From an uncultured bacterium (lineage in GTDB: Bacteria; Patescibacteriota; Minisyncoccia; Phycocordibacterales; UBA918), in the NCBI GenBank assembly GCA_937867625.1, contig CALMKR010000111.1, positions 1 to 37,281 on the forward strand: DNA of 37,281 nucleotides, in the 5' to 3' direction. The translations under genes were made by a program, and so were the position numbers. The notes below the pieces were generated by a model that ran no database searches, had not been told where the DNA came from, and saw nothing but the letters and a program-made list of their open reading frames with translations. Of this stretch, positions 16,538 to 24,942 are shown in pieces. How positions within the stretch are numbered: position 1 is the stretch's first letter; the number at the start of each line of letters is the position of its first letter.

Positions 16538-17072
16538 AGTAATCTATAAGATGCTTTTACTAGAAGCCAGTAGATGGGTAGGGGTAAAGGAGCAAGGTGG
16601 GAACAACGAAGGCCAAGTCATCGAGATGTTCCAAAAGGCAGTGGATGGTAAGGATAGTCGCGAGCCGTGGTGCATGGGTAAAGTACAGAGCGATTGCATG
16701 TGGGCGCTTAAATACTTTGAAGTAGCACATCCGCACATCGTGGGATTCATGAAGCTAGCCTTATACCCCAGTGAGCACTGCTTAACTGTATGGCACAAAA
16801 CTCCAGAGATCTGTAGGACTACCAGTCCTTACCCTGGGTGCGTGGTTATCTGGCAGTATGGCAACACAGCTAATGGTCACACAGGCATCGTTCAATCTAT
16901 CGAAGGTGACAAGATGAAGGTAATCGAAGGCAACACTGGTGATGGCCTAGGAGTCGTTAGAGATGGTGATGGTGTATACATACGTACTAGAAGTACTAAA
17001 GGGACTGGTGATATGAAAGTCGTGGGCTTTCTTGAGCCGTTTGTTTTTCCAACACAAGCTTCACAAGTATAG
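16518..17072 (+). CDS. CHAP/NlpC-P60-like peptidoglycan hydrolase (endolysin candidate, 184 aa)
   Basis: GGAGG RBS. Catalytic-type Cys in REPWCMGKVQ and His in ANGHTGIVQSI, followed by the VIEGNTGDG motif typical of this phage amidase family. Confidence 0.75.
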   Translation: MQINLNEVIYKMLLLEASRWVGVKEQGGNNEGQVIEMFQKAVDGKDSREPWCMGKVQSDCMWALKYFEVAHPHIVGFMKLALYPSEHCLTVWHKTPEICRTTSPYPGCVVIWQYGNTANGHTGIVQSIEGDKMKVIEGNTGDGLGVVRDGDGVYIRTRSTKGTGDMKVVGFLEPFVFPTQASQV

Positions 17073-17343
17073 GTTTGAAAGAGTTTAAGTACTCTTCTTT
17101 CATTTTTCTAAAGGTAACAGGATCAGTACAGATTAACCCATTGGCTTTTGTCAGTGGGTGGATAGCTATAGGTTGCTCTGATATGATCACGTTAGCACGA
17201 TCCACGACACTATGCTCACGCACCTCTGATAAGTCAGTGTCTACAAAGTACACTGGTATCGGGTACTCATTGCATGCTGCGAGGCTAAGGGCGAATATTA
17301 ATGATGTCCGTCTGAGTTTTAGCTTTACGCCTTCTAATTTCAT
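16996..17343 (-). CDS. Putative lipoprotein (115 aa), o-spanin candidate
   Basis: Basic n-region, hydrophobic core and lipobox (KLRRTSLIFALSLAAC). The start is embedded 59 nt inside the upstream gene in another frame. The 3' end overlaps the convergent endolysin gene by 77 nt. Confidence 0.45.
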   Translation of the reverse strand: MKLEGVKLKLRRTSLIFALSLAACNEYPIPVYFVDTDLSEVREHSVVDRANVIISEQPIAIHPLTKANGLICTDPVTFRKMKEEYLNSFKPILVKLVLEKQTAQESPRLSYHQSL

Positions 17344-17572
17344 TCTTCTCTTCCTCGGTTAGACCATCAACAGCCATTAAGTTTTGATCAATAAGTACTT
17401 GCTCATAATCAGCTAGTGCTTTAGCTACAGCTTTCTCAATCTGATCTTTAGCTACTTCCTTCTTAAACTTTTCCTCTGCGATGGCCCAGATTTTGACAAC
17501 AATCCAGGACAGGAAAGCCTGCCCTGAACTGCTAGCGCCTATTCTAATGATTAGGTTCGCTAACCATGCCAT
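17285..17572 (-). CDS. Hypothetical membrane-associated coiled-coil protein (95 aa), i-spanin or holin candidate
   Basis: Hydrophobic N-terminus (MAWLANLIIRIG...FLSWIVVKIWAIA), then a charged helical segment. It overlaps the lipobox ORF in Rz/Rz1 fashion. Confidence 0.5.
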   Translation of the reverse strand: MAWLANLIIRIGASSSGQAFLSWIVVKIWAIAEEKFKKEVAKDQIEKAVAKALADYEQVLIDQNLMAVDGLTEEEKNEIRRRKAKTQTDIINIRP

Positions 17573-17573
17573 A

Positions 17574-17789
17574 CTATAATTTAACCTTTGCTGCTAATTC
17601 ATTAGCAAATGGTTCAGCATTAGCCATAACAGCAGGTACAACGATATCATCTATCTTGTTCTCACTGTTAGCTGCCACTGCCTTAGAGTATTCAACACCA
17701 GCTAGGAAAGCTGATTTAACAATCTGCTTTACATGTGGTTCGATCAATGCTTTCTGTGCATCATTCAATTCAAAAATATTCTTTTCCAT
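17574..17789 (-). CDS. Hypothetical protein (71 aa; start moved to the internal ATG)
   Basis: The internal ATG at 17789 is preceded by agggagataaa. This avoids overlap with the upstream gene, which ends at 17800. Confidence 0.5.
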   Translation of the reverse strand: MEKNIFELNDAQKALIEPHVKQIVKSAFLAGVEYSKAVAANSENKIDDIVVPAVMANAEPFANELAAKVKL

Positions 17790-17799
17790 TTTATCTCCC

Positions 17800-18060
17800 T
17801 TATAAATTTTGTAGAAAAAGTGCAAAGTCTTGCTCAGCAGCGTTTTCCACGTTTTGTTGTTGGTTCCATTTGGCTGCCACCGCAGTTTTGATGTCAGCAA
17901 TTGCCAAGTCTTTAGCTGCTAGTGCTTGATCCATCTCAAGTTGTGAGTAGATCTTGTCACTCTGACCAGCTTCTAACTGTAGCTTAAGCTTTTCAGCTTC
18001 TTGCTTCGATACTTCCAATGATACAAGCAAGGCTTGTAGTTGGCTAATTAATTCTCCCAT
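17800..18060 (-). CDS. Hypothetical coiled-coil protein (86 aa)
   Basis: aaaggagagtac RBS. Heptad-rich sequence (LQALLVSLEVSKQEAEKLKLQLEA). Confidence 0.5.
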   Translation of the reverse strand: MGELISQLQALLVSLEVSKQEAEKLKLQLEAGQSDKIYSQLEMDQALAAKDLAIADIKTAVAAKWNQQQNVENAAEQDFALFLQNL

Positions 18061-18094
18061 GTACTCTCCTTTTTATTTGGCACATTATTGTGCT

Positions 18095-18340
18095 TTATTT
18101 TTCTCGTGGCTCTAGTCGTCCCCTAATATAGGATACGTCTTTAGATATCATTGAGATACCCTCTTTAACTTGGGATATCTCTGCTTCAACCTTCTCAACC
18201 CTACGCTCTAGCTTCGTGGCATCTTCCTTAGACTGGAACTTTTCAGTTATGAAGTACACCAACATTGCAAGGGTTACCCCGAACGACAGCGTTTCCGCTA
18301 AACTCAATCTCCATTGGAGTAGTGGTCCCTTATGCTCCAC
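18095..18340 (-). CDS. Single-pass membrane protein with coiled-coil C-terminus (81 aa; GTG start), holin or i-spanin candidate
   Basis: Transmembrane segment LAETLSFGVTLAMLVYFI, then a charged helix (KLERRVEKVEAEISQVKEG). GGAG lies about 10 nt upstream of the GTG. Confidence 0.5.
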   Translation of the reverse strand: MEHKGPLLQWRLSLAETLSFGVTLAMLVYFITEKFQSKEDATKLERRVEKVEAEISQVKEGISMISKDVSYIRGRLEPREK

Positions 18341-18342
18341 TG

Positions 18343-18474
18343 CTATTTACTCCAAATTGATTTTTTACAAACCCAGTCATCACCATTTTCAGTAGGGCTA
18401 CAGTTTTGAACCACTACTTTATATGATGCACAACTTGTTAGTGCTAACATTGCTAATAATAAAATCCATTTCAT
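18343..18474 (-). CDS. Small lipoprotein (43 aa, MKWILLLAMLALTSCASYKVVVQNCSPTENGDDWVCKKSIWSK)
   Basis: Textbook signal peptide plus lipobox (LALTSC). ATGA overlap with the upstream gene stop. Two further Cys residues in the mature part. Below the ORF-track cut-off. Confidence 0.55.
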   Translation of the reverse strand: MKWILLLAMLALTSCASYKVVVQNCSPTENGDDWVCKKSIWSK

Positions 18475-18749
18475 TTTAACTCCTTGGTTACATATCTAAC
18501 TTTGCCGTTTTTAATTCTTTCAAAATGTATCTTTGTAACGCCCATTAATTTCAAAGCGTTAATCACTTCGTCCCAGTATTTAGGATCTAACTCACCACTA
18601 CCATTCTTAGTAAGCGATGTGATCCTTGCCTCTTTATCATTGTTAAATAACTCGACATCCATAGAAAATGTGTAGGGATCACCAAATTCAACGAACTTGT
18701 CCCCACCTCTGATTGCGTACGCATTTTCTAACTTCTTGATGTGAATCAT
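18471..18749 (-). CDS. Hypothetical protein (92 aa)
   Basis: aaggaaaataa RBS. No domain recognised. Confidence 0.5.
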   Translation of the reverse strand: MIHIKKLENAYAIRGGDKFVEFGDPYTFSMDVELFNNDKEARITSLTKNGSGELDPKYWDEVINALKLMGVTKIHFERIKNGKVRYVTKELK

Positions 18750-18765
18750 TTATTTTCCTTATTTT

Positions 18766-20466
18766 TTATTGAAAATGTTCTTCAATAAAAATTTGTCCAG
18801 ACCCACCAGCGCCGCCTGCGTTGCCAGTTGTCCCAGCTGCGCCGCCGCCGCCTCCAGAGCCAACAGAATAACCGTACGTTGCTGAAGGGTTATAAATAAT
18901 TGCATCAATATATCCTCCAGCACCACCGCCGCCGCCTGCATAACCATCAGTAGCACTATCCATTGACCCACCACCGCCGCCTGCTCCAGTGTTTGAGCCA
19001 GCAGCCCCTCCAGTAGTGCTGCCAGCCCTTCCACCGCCGCCAAAAGGTGATGAGGCTCCAGCAGAACCTCTCGTGTAATTTATTGTTTGACCAAAAAAAC
19101 CGAAAGTTCCGTCGCCGCCGCCAAGTGCAATTCCTACTGGACCAGTACCTAGCGATACAGAGCCTCCAGCACCACCTGTAAATCCGTTACCTCCAGTGCC
19201 ACCATTGGCTGCGAGCAATGATGTTCCGAAAGTTGTATTACCTCCAGTGCCACCAGTATTACCGGAGTTTGCTGTACCAGCACCGCCTCCACCGCCACCT
19301 CCGCCTACCATTTTTACTTTTAAATACTTGACTCCGTTTTGAAGCGTGTGTGTTCCAGATGATGATAAGTATTTCGTAATTACAGGAGCCTTCATCTGAG
19401 AAATAATATTCCAATTAGTTCCGTCGCAAACTAGAGTAACTTCGTCGAATTGATAATTTAGTTTTATGTTAGCAAATCCGTTTATGGTTTCAGAAGCGTT
19501 ACCATCAATAGTTAATGAGTTTGTATCACTTGATGTTTTTACAACTCTTAAAACTTTTCCAGAATTTCCACTTGCTGCATAAAGTGTTAATGTCCATGCA
19601 GAGCCAGTATATACCAAAATGACATCATCACTAGTTGTTGCCGTGTAAGTAGTCGTCTTTGATGTAACAGCTAAAGCGCTTCCCGTAACAGACGCCCAGA
19701 TAACACCATTTGTTTGAGTAGAATCAGCCTTTAAAAACGTGCCATCACTTCCAACACCTTGCCTTGCAACTGTTGCTGAAGCGGTGGCAACGTATAAGTC
19801 ACCTTTAGTTGTCAGAGTTGATCTTGCTTGTTTGGCATTAAGTTGAACTTGTAAATCACTTGTTGCTGTACCTAAATAACCAAGTTGAGTGGCAGTTACA
19901 GAACTAGCAGCAAGCTCACTTGATGCGCCTGTTACTAAAGCGCGACTCGCAGTTAAAGGAGTTGTTATAGTACCAGTAAATGTTGGTGACGCTAAAGGAG
20001 CTTTTAATCCAAGTGCAGTATTCAAATCTGTTTGGTCACTCAAGGTTCCTGTAATAGTTCCCCAGACACCGCCGCCACCAGATGAGCTAGACAGAAGGTC
20101 CCAAGTACCAGCAGCAGATCCGGCTGCGCGAAGGTGAAGTTCTGCTTGAGCGCCCCCTGCGATAGTTCCTAACAGTCCACCCCCACTAGCGTTAACTGTA
20201 ACTAATCCAGTTGATTTGTTTATAATTAGAAATTTACGACCTAGCACCAGTGTGGTAGCGTCGGGCATTACCACTGTGTGCGTGGTAACACCAGTGATGA
20301 TTTGTTTTGTCTCGCTGGCTACCGTAAGGGTTAGCGTACCAGCGGCACTTGCAGTGGTAGTAAAACCTTCAATTAGGGCAGGGCCTTTTATGTAGGTCCC
20401 AGCTCCTAATACGTTAAGCGATAATAGAAGGGCTATTAATAAATATTTAAATTGCGTCTTTTGCAT
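18766..20466 (-). CDS. Tail fibre/receptor-binding-like protein with C-terminal glycine-rich domain (566 aa from the internal ATG)
   Basis: Last large gene of the virion module. S/T/A/G-rich beta-type body. The C-terminal ~190 aa is made of GGxGG/GxGG runs (VGGGGGGGGAGTANSGNTGGTGGN...GGGGGAGGY...GGAGGSGQIFIEE), as in the glycine-rich domains of podovirus fibres. The N-terminus MQKTQFKYLLIALLLSLNVLGAG looks signal-like. Confidence 0.7.
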   Translation of the reverse strand: MQKTQFKYLLIALLLSLNVLGAGTYIKGPALIEGFTTTASAAGTLTLTVASETKQIITGVTTHTVVMPDATTLVLGRKFLIINKSTGLVTVNASGGGLLGTIAGGAQAELHLRAAGSAAGTWDLLSSSSGGGGVWGTITGTLSDQTDLNTALGLKAPLASPTFTGTITTPLTASRALVTGASSELAASSVTATQLGYLGTATSDLQVQLNAKQARSTLTTKGDLYVATASATVARQGVGSDGTFLKADSTQTNGVIWASVTGSALAVTSKTTTYTATTSDDVILVYTGSAWTLTLYAASGNSGKVLRVVKTSSDTNSLTIDGNASETINGFANIKLNYQFDEVTLVCDGTNWNIISQMKAPVITKYLSSSGTHTLQNGVKYLKVKMVGGGGGGGGAGTANSGNTGGTGGNTTFGTSLLAANGGTGGNGFTGGAGGSVSLGTGPVGIALGGGDGTFGFFGQTINYTRGSAGASSPFGGGGRAGSTTGGAAGSNTGAGGGGGSMDSATDGYAGGGGGAGGYIDAIIYNPSATYGYSVGSGGGGGAAGTTGNAGGAGGSGQIFIEEHFQ

Positions 20467-21295
20467 CGTATGCCACCTTGTAGTTAGCACTGTCTGTCAG
20501 TGTGTTAAATGTAATTGTAAATCCTGAAGTTGATCTTGCACTCACGTAACCTTGTAAAAAGATTGGACTAGAGTCGATCTCATTTATGATTGTAAACCCT
20601 GGAACATATAAAGCATTTGCAGTGACGCCTGAGAACACTACTGTGTGCGAACTAACTCCACTTGATATCGCTTCTTCGCCTACACGAAGGAATCCTGCTC
20701 CATTAGTACCGTTGGTTCCATTAGTACCATTTGTTCCGTTGGTTCCATTAGTACCATTTGTTCCGTTGGTTCCATTCGCACCTGCTGGTCCTGTGGGTCC
20801 CGTTGGTCCTACAAGAGTTGAAGGATCTAGATACTCAAGACCATCTAGGGTAGCGTTAATAGTTAGAACGCTTCCAGCAACTGGTGGTGACACAAGTGTT
20901 GTGTCTATGGCTGCGGAATCACCAATGGTTAACTTGATACTTCTACCTATGTCACGCGCTAGCTCTTGGATTAGTAGAGCCAGCTTATCCATGGCTTCTT
21001 CATGGTCAGCAGGTAGGAATGGGCCAGTGGTTAGGTACGTAGTAGTCTGTACCTTCGGTGCTTCTCTGTAGATAATAAGAACTTGTGCAGATGTGGGGGC
21101 TGTCCCCATGACCACGTCAGTACCTACAACTGTGAAGTCCACGCCTTGTGCTAAGGTAGTCTCTACTCCAGTGGCTATGACCTTACGTATGGCTTTAACG
21201 TGCGTAGCACTTTTGAAATCAAAGGTAATAGCGAAGTCTGTTTGAGAGCCATCACCTACATAGGAAACATCTGTGAGTGTATTACTTACTGACAT
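20447..21295 (-). CDS. Tail fibre protein with collagen-like G-X-Y segment (282 aa)
   Basis: The N-terminus VSYVGDGSQTDFAITFDF is typical of podovirus fibre or adaptor N-domains. There are 13 uninterrupted G-X-Y triplets: GPTGPTGPAGAN(GTN)x8GAG. Confidence 0.75.
   Translation of the reverse strand: MSVSNTLTDVSYVGDGSQTDFAITFDFKSATHVKAIRKVIATGVETTLAQGVDFTVVGTDVVMGTAPTSAQVLIIYREAPKVQTTTYLTTGPFLPADHEEAMDKLALLIQELARDIGRSIKLTIGDSAAIDTTLVSPPVAGSVLTINATLDGLEYLDPSTLVGPTGPTGPAGANGTNGTNGTNGTNGTNGTNGTNGTNGAGFLRVGEEAISSGVSSHTVVFSGVTANALYVPGFTIINEIDSSPIFLQGYVSARSTSGFTITFNTLTDSANYKVAYDAKDAI
20702..20773. repeat. Tandem 9 bp repeat x8 (27 bp higher-order unit) encoding (GTN)x8
   Basis: + strand units attagtacc / gttggttcc / atttgttcc are repeated head to tail, in frame with the fibre gene. 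Confidence 0.9.
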
Positions 21296-24200
21296 TAATT
21301 ACCCCCAAACAAAGAGTACCCTGACATGTCCAGTGGCTTAGCTTTTTTGATTGCATCGTTTATCCTTTTCTGAACATCCGGTGAAGCTTCGATTTTCCTT
21401 CTGGCTCCATCTTCATATTCTTTAAAAACTTTATCAAGACTATTTATTGTTGCTTTGTACAAAGATATCTTAGCGTCGTTATCTAAATAAGACTTCTGTC
21501 CAGCCTCCACGATATCCTTCATGTGTCTGTTTAAACTCTCGTTAACTGCCTCTTTTAGAGTCATTCCACCCATCCTAGCGGACGGCTTATTCATCTCAAC
21601 AATTAAATCATCGTACTCATTGGCAGTGAGTTTCACTCGTGCACCAGCGGGTGCAGACGACACTTCCATGGCCGGCATTTCCACCTTGTAGGCTGGTTCA
21701 AATCCAGCAAGTCTTAGGCGTCCCTCGAAGTCTGATAAGACTCTAAGCTTTTTTCCTACTTCTGAATTCTCAGTGTCTATCGTAGGCCACGGTGATAGGG
21801 CTGTAAGCCAGTGGGCTTTTATAGGTTCCCCAAAGATGTCCCTCTTAGGCGGTAGTCCGTACCCAATGGTGTCTGCTAGTTGGGCGCGGAACATTCCCAT
21901 GAATTCATCTTCGTCACTCTTCACTGTGCGCTGTTCAAACTTCATATCTTCTGCGTACAACCCTTGAGCTGCGTTGGATATCTGTTTGATGGTTCCACGA
22001 AGTGGTACAACAGTATTGGCTAGGGTAGTTTGAAGAAGATTCGTTATGGCTTTAGTGTCCCTGCCGTTAATTGCTTCTACCAAGGCATTAACAGTTTGCA
22101 TAGACTCTGGGGTCACCTGAGAGAAGGCAACTGCTCCTAATGTATGAATGTAGTCACTTGTTTCTAGGTCCTGGTTTCCATGAGCCACAGCAGAGTATAC
22201 AGATGCCATCCTTAGAACCTTACCAATTGGATCAAGTGGTCTAATGTAGTGTGCACCTAACCCTAGTTCTGTTAGATCAAGTGTAAAAGGTGTGACCCCT
22301 TTACCACCATCTGCTAGGGCTTGTTGTTGCTTAAAGTTAGGCATCTCTCCGTGTAGATAGCCAGCGTCGAATAGTGAGTATACTCCATAAGAGAATAGTG
22401 ATCCGTTAACCATCTTGGCTACTACCTGATCACGGGCTTTCCCCCCTGCAAGTAAAGCGTCCCTTGTATTTTTTAGTGCCAAATTCATAACAGGCACATA
22501 CTCCAGTGCATTAAGAGTGGTGTTCACCCCTGTCCTAAAGAATGGCATAAGAAATCTAGCTAGTCCTGTTGGATCTTCCTCTAGTGCCTCGCTGATCTTG
22601 CCAAGAACTGGTACGTCTGTGATGCTTCGTGATTGTGTGAGCTTCTCACCCATGTCTCTAGCATTTTGAATCATTTGTTGTGTAGGATTGTCCAGCACAT
22701 CGTCGATGTACTTAGAGATGTACGCTGTCCTCTGTGAAGACGGTACGCCTAAACGTTCAGCCATCTGCATGGCTTCTACAGCAGCTTGAGCTTTAACAAA
22801 AGCGTGTTCATTTACGTACTTGCTAACTACATCGGCAGACATAACTAGTCTACCAGTGGATGTGGCAGCTGCCATACCCTTTTGGTACAACCATCCCCAC
22901 ACAGAGTTAGCCCCTGCTGTGTCAGCGTCGGAAGCTATGCGAGAGAAGTCACCGTTTACAGTATATCCAGTGGGTTGATGCCCTTTTATTAAAGATTCAA
23001 TACCAACCTTGTGTGCTTTCCACTGGGATTCAATAATACCAGAGGCGAAGGCGTTAGCTTCTGTTATACTGGACTTTCCACCGAACTTAGGGATAGCTCC
23101 TATCAACGTTGCTGTATAGTTATCAGCTGCTTGCATTGCTGTAGCAGCTTGATTCAGTACGTACACATTACCAACTGTTTTCACAGTAAGTACTGAACTA
23201 GTCCATACACTGTACGCAGCATCGGTGAACTTTCTCCATCCTGTTTGTCTCACCACTTTCTTCATAGTGTTCATATTTTTAATTGTTTCATCTGCGAACT
23301 GTTGGTTAGGTATTTCACGTAATAGTTCAACCATCTTGAGGCGTTCTTGAATAGATCTAACCCCACCGTAAGCATCCATGTACTGTTGCATAAGCTTAGC
23401 TCTACCTTTAGATCCTAAGATATCTAACCCTATCTTTACAGACTCTTCATCTGTTCCTGCCTGCACAGCTCTCGCTAATCCTTCAGTAATTCCAAGGGTA
23501 CGGCCAGCTTCAGAGGATACGGCTTCCTTCACTGATAACACTTTCACTTGATAATCTAGTGCTTCCTGCGCAGCTATAACATCTAAGGGACTGTTTGTAG
23601 CAAGTGCTTTGGAAGCTAGCGCCTCGGCTCGGAGCTGTGCCTGTACACCCTCAAGGTCTAACGCTAGAGAGTCCTCTGCTGCTAGGGGGCGCGTCGGGTC
23701 TTGTTTTCTACTATCCAATAATTCCCTAAACCACCCTGGTGTCTGTTGTCTCTTCTGACCTTCAGCTATCATACCAGGTAGTGTTTGAGCACCACGTTTA
23801 GACGATAATGTTGGATCAACTTTAAGCAAATCCTCCGCACTTACACCCTGTACTGGTGCATCTTTACCAATGTTGGCTGCCCAATCCTCTAGTGTAAACT
23901 GCTCAAACTCTACAGGAGGTGGATTATCCATTGCTGGTGCCGCTTTAGGTACTGGAGCGTTGTCTACTTGTTGAACTACTGGAATACCTTCCACTGCTTT
24001 TGGCGCAGCTTCGACTACCTGCGCAGCTTCGTCTGTAGCTTTTAGGAAAGGTAGTAACCTCTTACCACCATTGTACATCCCTCTTATCCCTGCGATGGCT
24101 CCACCAATTAAGGATTCACCAAAGGTATAATCAAGAACATTCTTCAATCTTCCTTCTATCTCTGTGTCCTCAGGTTTTTTCTCAGAGTATCTAAAAGCTT

Positions 24201-24942
24201 CATCAAGCATCAACGTTTTACCAATTGCAGTGTCTTTGAATAATTCAGCTAGCCCTGCCGCTTTAGGATCTAACAACATGTACGAAGCTGCTCCAGCTGC
24301 AACAACTCCAGCTACAGGGCCAGAGGCTGCCATCGTGGCTGCCGCTGCGACAGCAGGGGTTAAGGATTGGCCGATATTGGCAATAACCTTTGTTGTTTCT
24401 GGATAATTTTCATCTTGGAATTTAGAAAAATCTATCAATGCAGTGGGTTCAAATGAATCCACCAGGCCGTGGTCTTTAGCTATCTTACCTAAAGCGTTGT
24501 ACCCTTCCTTGAAAGCGTTTACACCGGAGTTGAACGCGTTACTGGCTCCAAGTGCTACACCAGCTGCCACCTCTATAGGAGCTGCTACTGTACTCTTGGT
24601 GTTTCTGGTAACTACGTTGTTATCCATTTTGTCTATTGTTCTTGCTACCTTCTCTAGGAATGGCGCGTTCTTTTCTGCATCTTTATAAACTTGTGCTACA
24701 AGTTCCTTGCGCTTTTCTAATTGGAAAGCCATGTCTTCTTCTTGTAAAGAAGTACCCATCATCTTAAACAATGCTTCAGCCTCAGCTTTAGCTTGAGCCA
24801 TGCTCACGTCATTAGTAGGAACTTCTTTAGTCCTCATACCAGCTGAAGGTGGGACACGCGGAGGCGGTTGTGCAGGTCTATCACTGGCGTCCGGCGGGAC
24901 AGCTCCTACGGTATCCATCATGTCATCAAATATATCAGCCAT
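21295..24942 (-). CDS. Large internal virion / ejection protein (T7 gp16 position, 1215 aa)
   Basis: Assigned from its size and its position just before the fibre genes and after two smaller internal-protein-like genes. No lytic transglycosylase motif recognised. Confidence 0.6.
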   Translation of the reverse strand: MADIFDDMMDTVGAVPPDASDRPAQPPPRVPPSAGMRTKEVPTNDVSMAQAKAEAEALFKMMGTSLQEEDMAFQLEKRKELVAQVYKDAEKNAPFLEKVARTIDKMDNNVVTRNTKSTVAAPIEVAAGVALGASNAFNSGVNAFKEGYNALGKIAKDHGLVDSFEPTALIDFSKFQDENYPETTKVIANIGQSLTPAVAAAATMAASGPVAGVVAAGAASYMLLDPKAAGLAELFKDTAIGKTLMLDEAFRYSEKKPEDTEIEGRLKNVLDYTFGESLIGGAIAGIRGMYNGGKRLLPFLKATDEAAQVVEAAPKAVEGIPVVQQVDNAPVPKAAPAMDNPPPVEFEQFTLEDWAANIGKDAPVQGVSAEDLLKVDPTLSSKRGAQTLPGMIAEGQKRQQTPGWFRELLDSRKQDPTRPLAAEDSLALDLEGVQAQLRAEALASKALATNSPLDVIAAQEALDYQVKVLSVKEAVSSEAGRTLGITEGLARAVQAGTDEESVKIGLDILGSKGRAKLMQQYMDAYGGVRSIQERLKMVELLREIPNQQFADETIKNMNTMKKVVRQTGWRKFTDAAYSVWTSSVLTVKTVGNVYVLNQAATAMQAADNYTATLIGAIPKFGGKSSITEANAFASGIIESQWKAHKVGIESLIKGHQPTGYTVNGDFSRIASDADTAGANSVWGWLYQKGMAAATSTGRLVMSADVVSKYVNEHAFVKAQAAVEAMQMAERLGVPSSQRTAYISKYIDDVLDNPTQQMIQNARDMGEKLTQSRSITDVPVLGKISEALEEDPTGLARFLMPFFRTGVNTTLNALEYVPVMNLALKNTRDALLAGGKARDQVVAKMVNGSLFSYGVYSLFDAGYLHGEMPNFKQQQALADGGKGVTPFTLDLTELGLGAHYIRPLDPIGKVLRMASVYSAVAHGNQDLETSDYIHTLGAVAFSQVTPESMQTVNALVEAINGRDTKAITNLLQTTLANTVVPLRGTIKQISNAAQGLYAEDMKFEQRTVKSDEDEFMGMFRAQLADTIGYGLPPKRDIFGEPIKAHWLTALSPWPTIDTENSEVGKKLRVLSDFEGRLRLAGFEPAYKVEMPAMEVSSAPAGARVKLTANEYDDLIVEMNKPSARMGGMTLKEAVNESLNRHMKDIVEAGQKSYLDNDAKISLYKATINSLDKVFKEYEDGARRKIEASPDVQKRINDAIKKAKPLDMSGYSLFGGN

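Noticed and set aside
17075-17362. 95 aa + strand ORF after the endolysin
   Set aside because: It has a TTG start without an RBS and an implausible sequence. It is antisense to the lipobox ORF and the coiled-coil gene, which have better coding features.
18763-18791. Perfect 11 bp inverted repeat, tttttattgaa / ttcaataaaaa, at the end of the glycine-rich fibre gene
   Set aside because: The stem is almost entirely A-U, so the RNA structure would be weak. It overlaps the last codons and stop, and the next gene starts about 15 nt later with its own RBS. I noted it but do not consider it a credible terminator.
18759-19043. 94 aa Ala/Leu/Gln-rich ORF on the - strand
   Set aside because: It is an alternative frame of the glycine-rich (GGN-repeat) part of the fibre gene. 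Repetitive GC-rich codons keep several frames open.
20586-21071. 161 aa + strand ORF with PLVPLVPFVPLVP repeats
   Set aside because: It is the antisense reading of the collagen-like GTN repeat of the fibre gene. It has no RBS and lies entirely inside a well-supported - strand gene.
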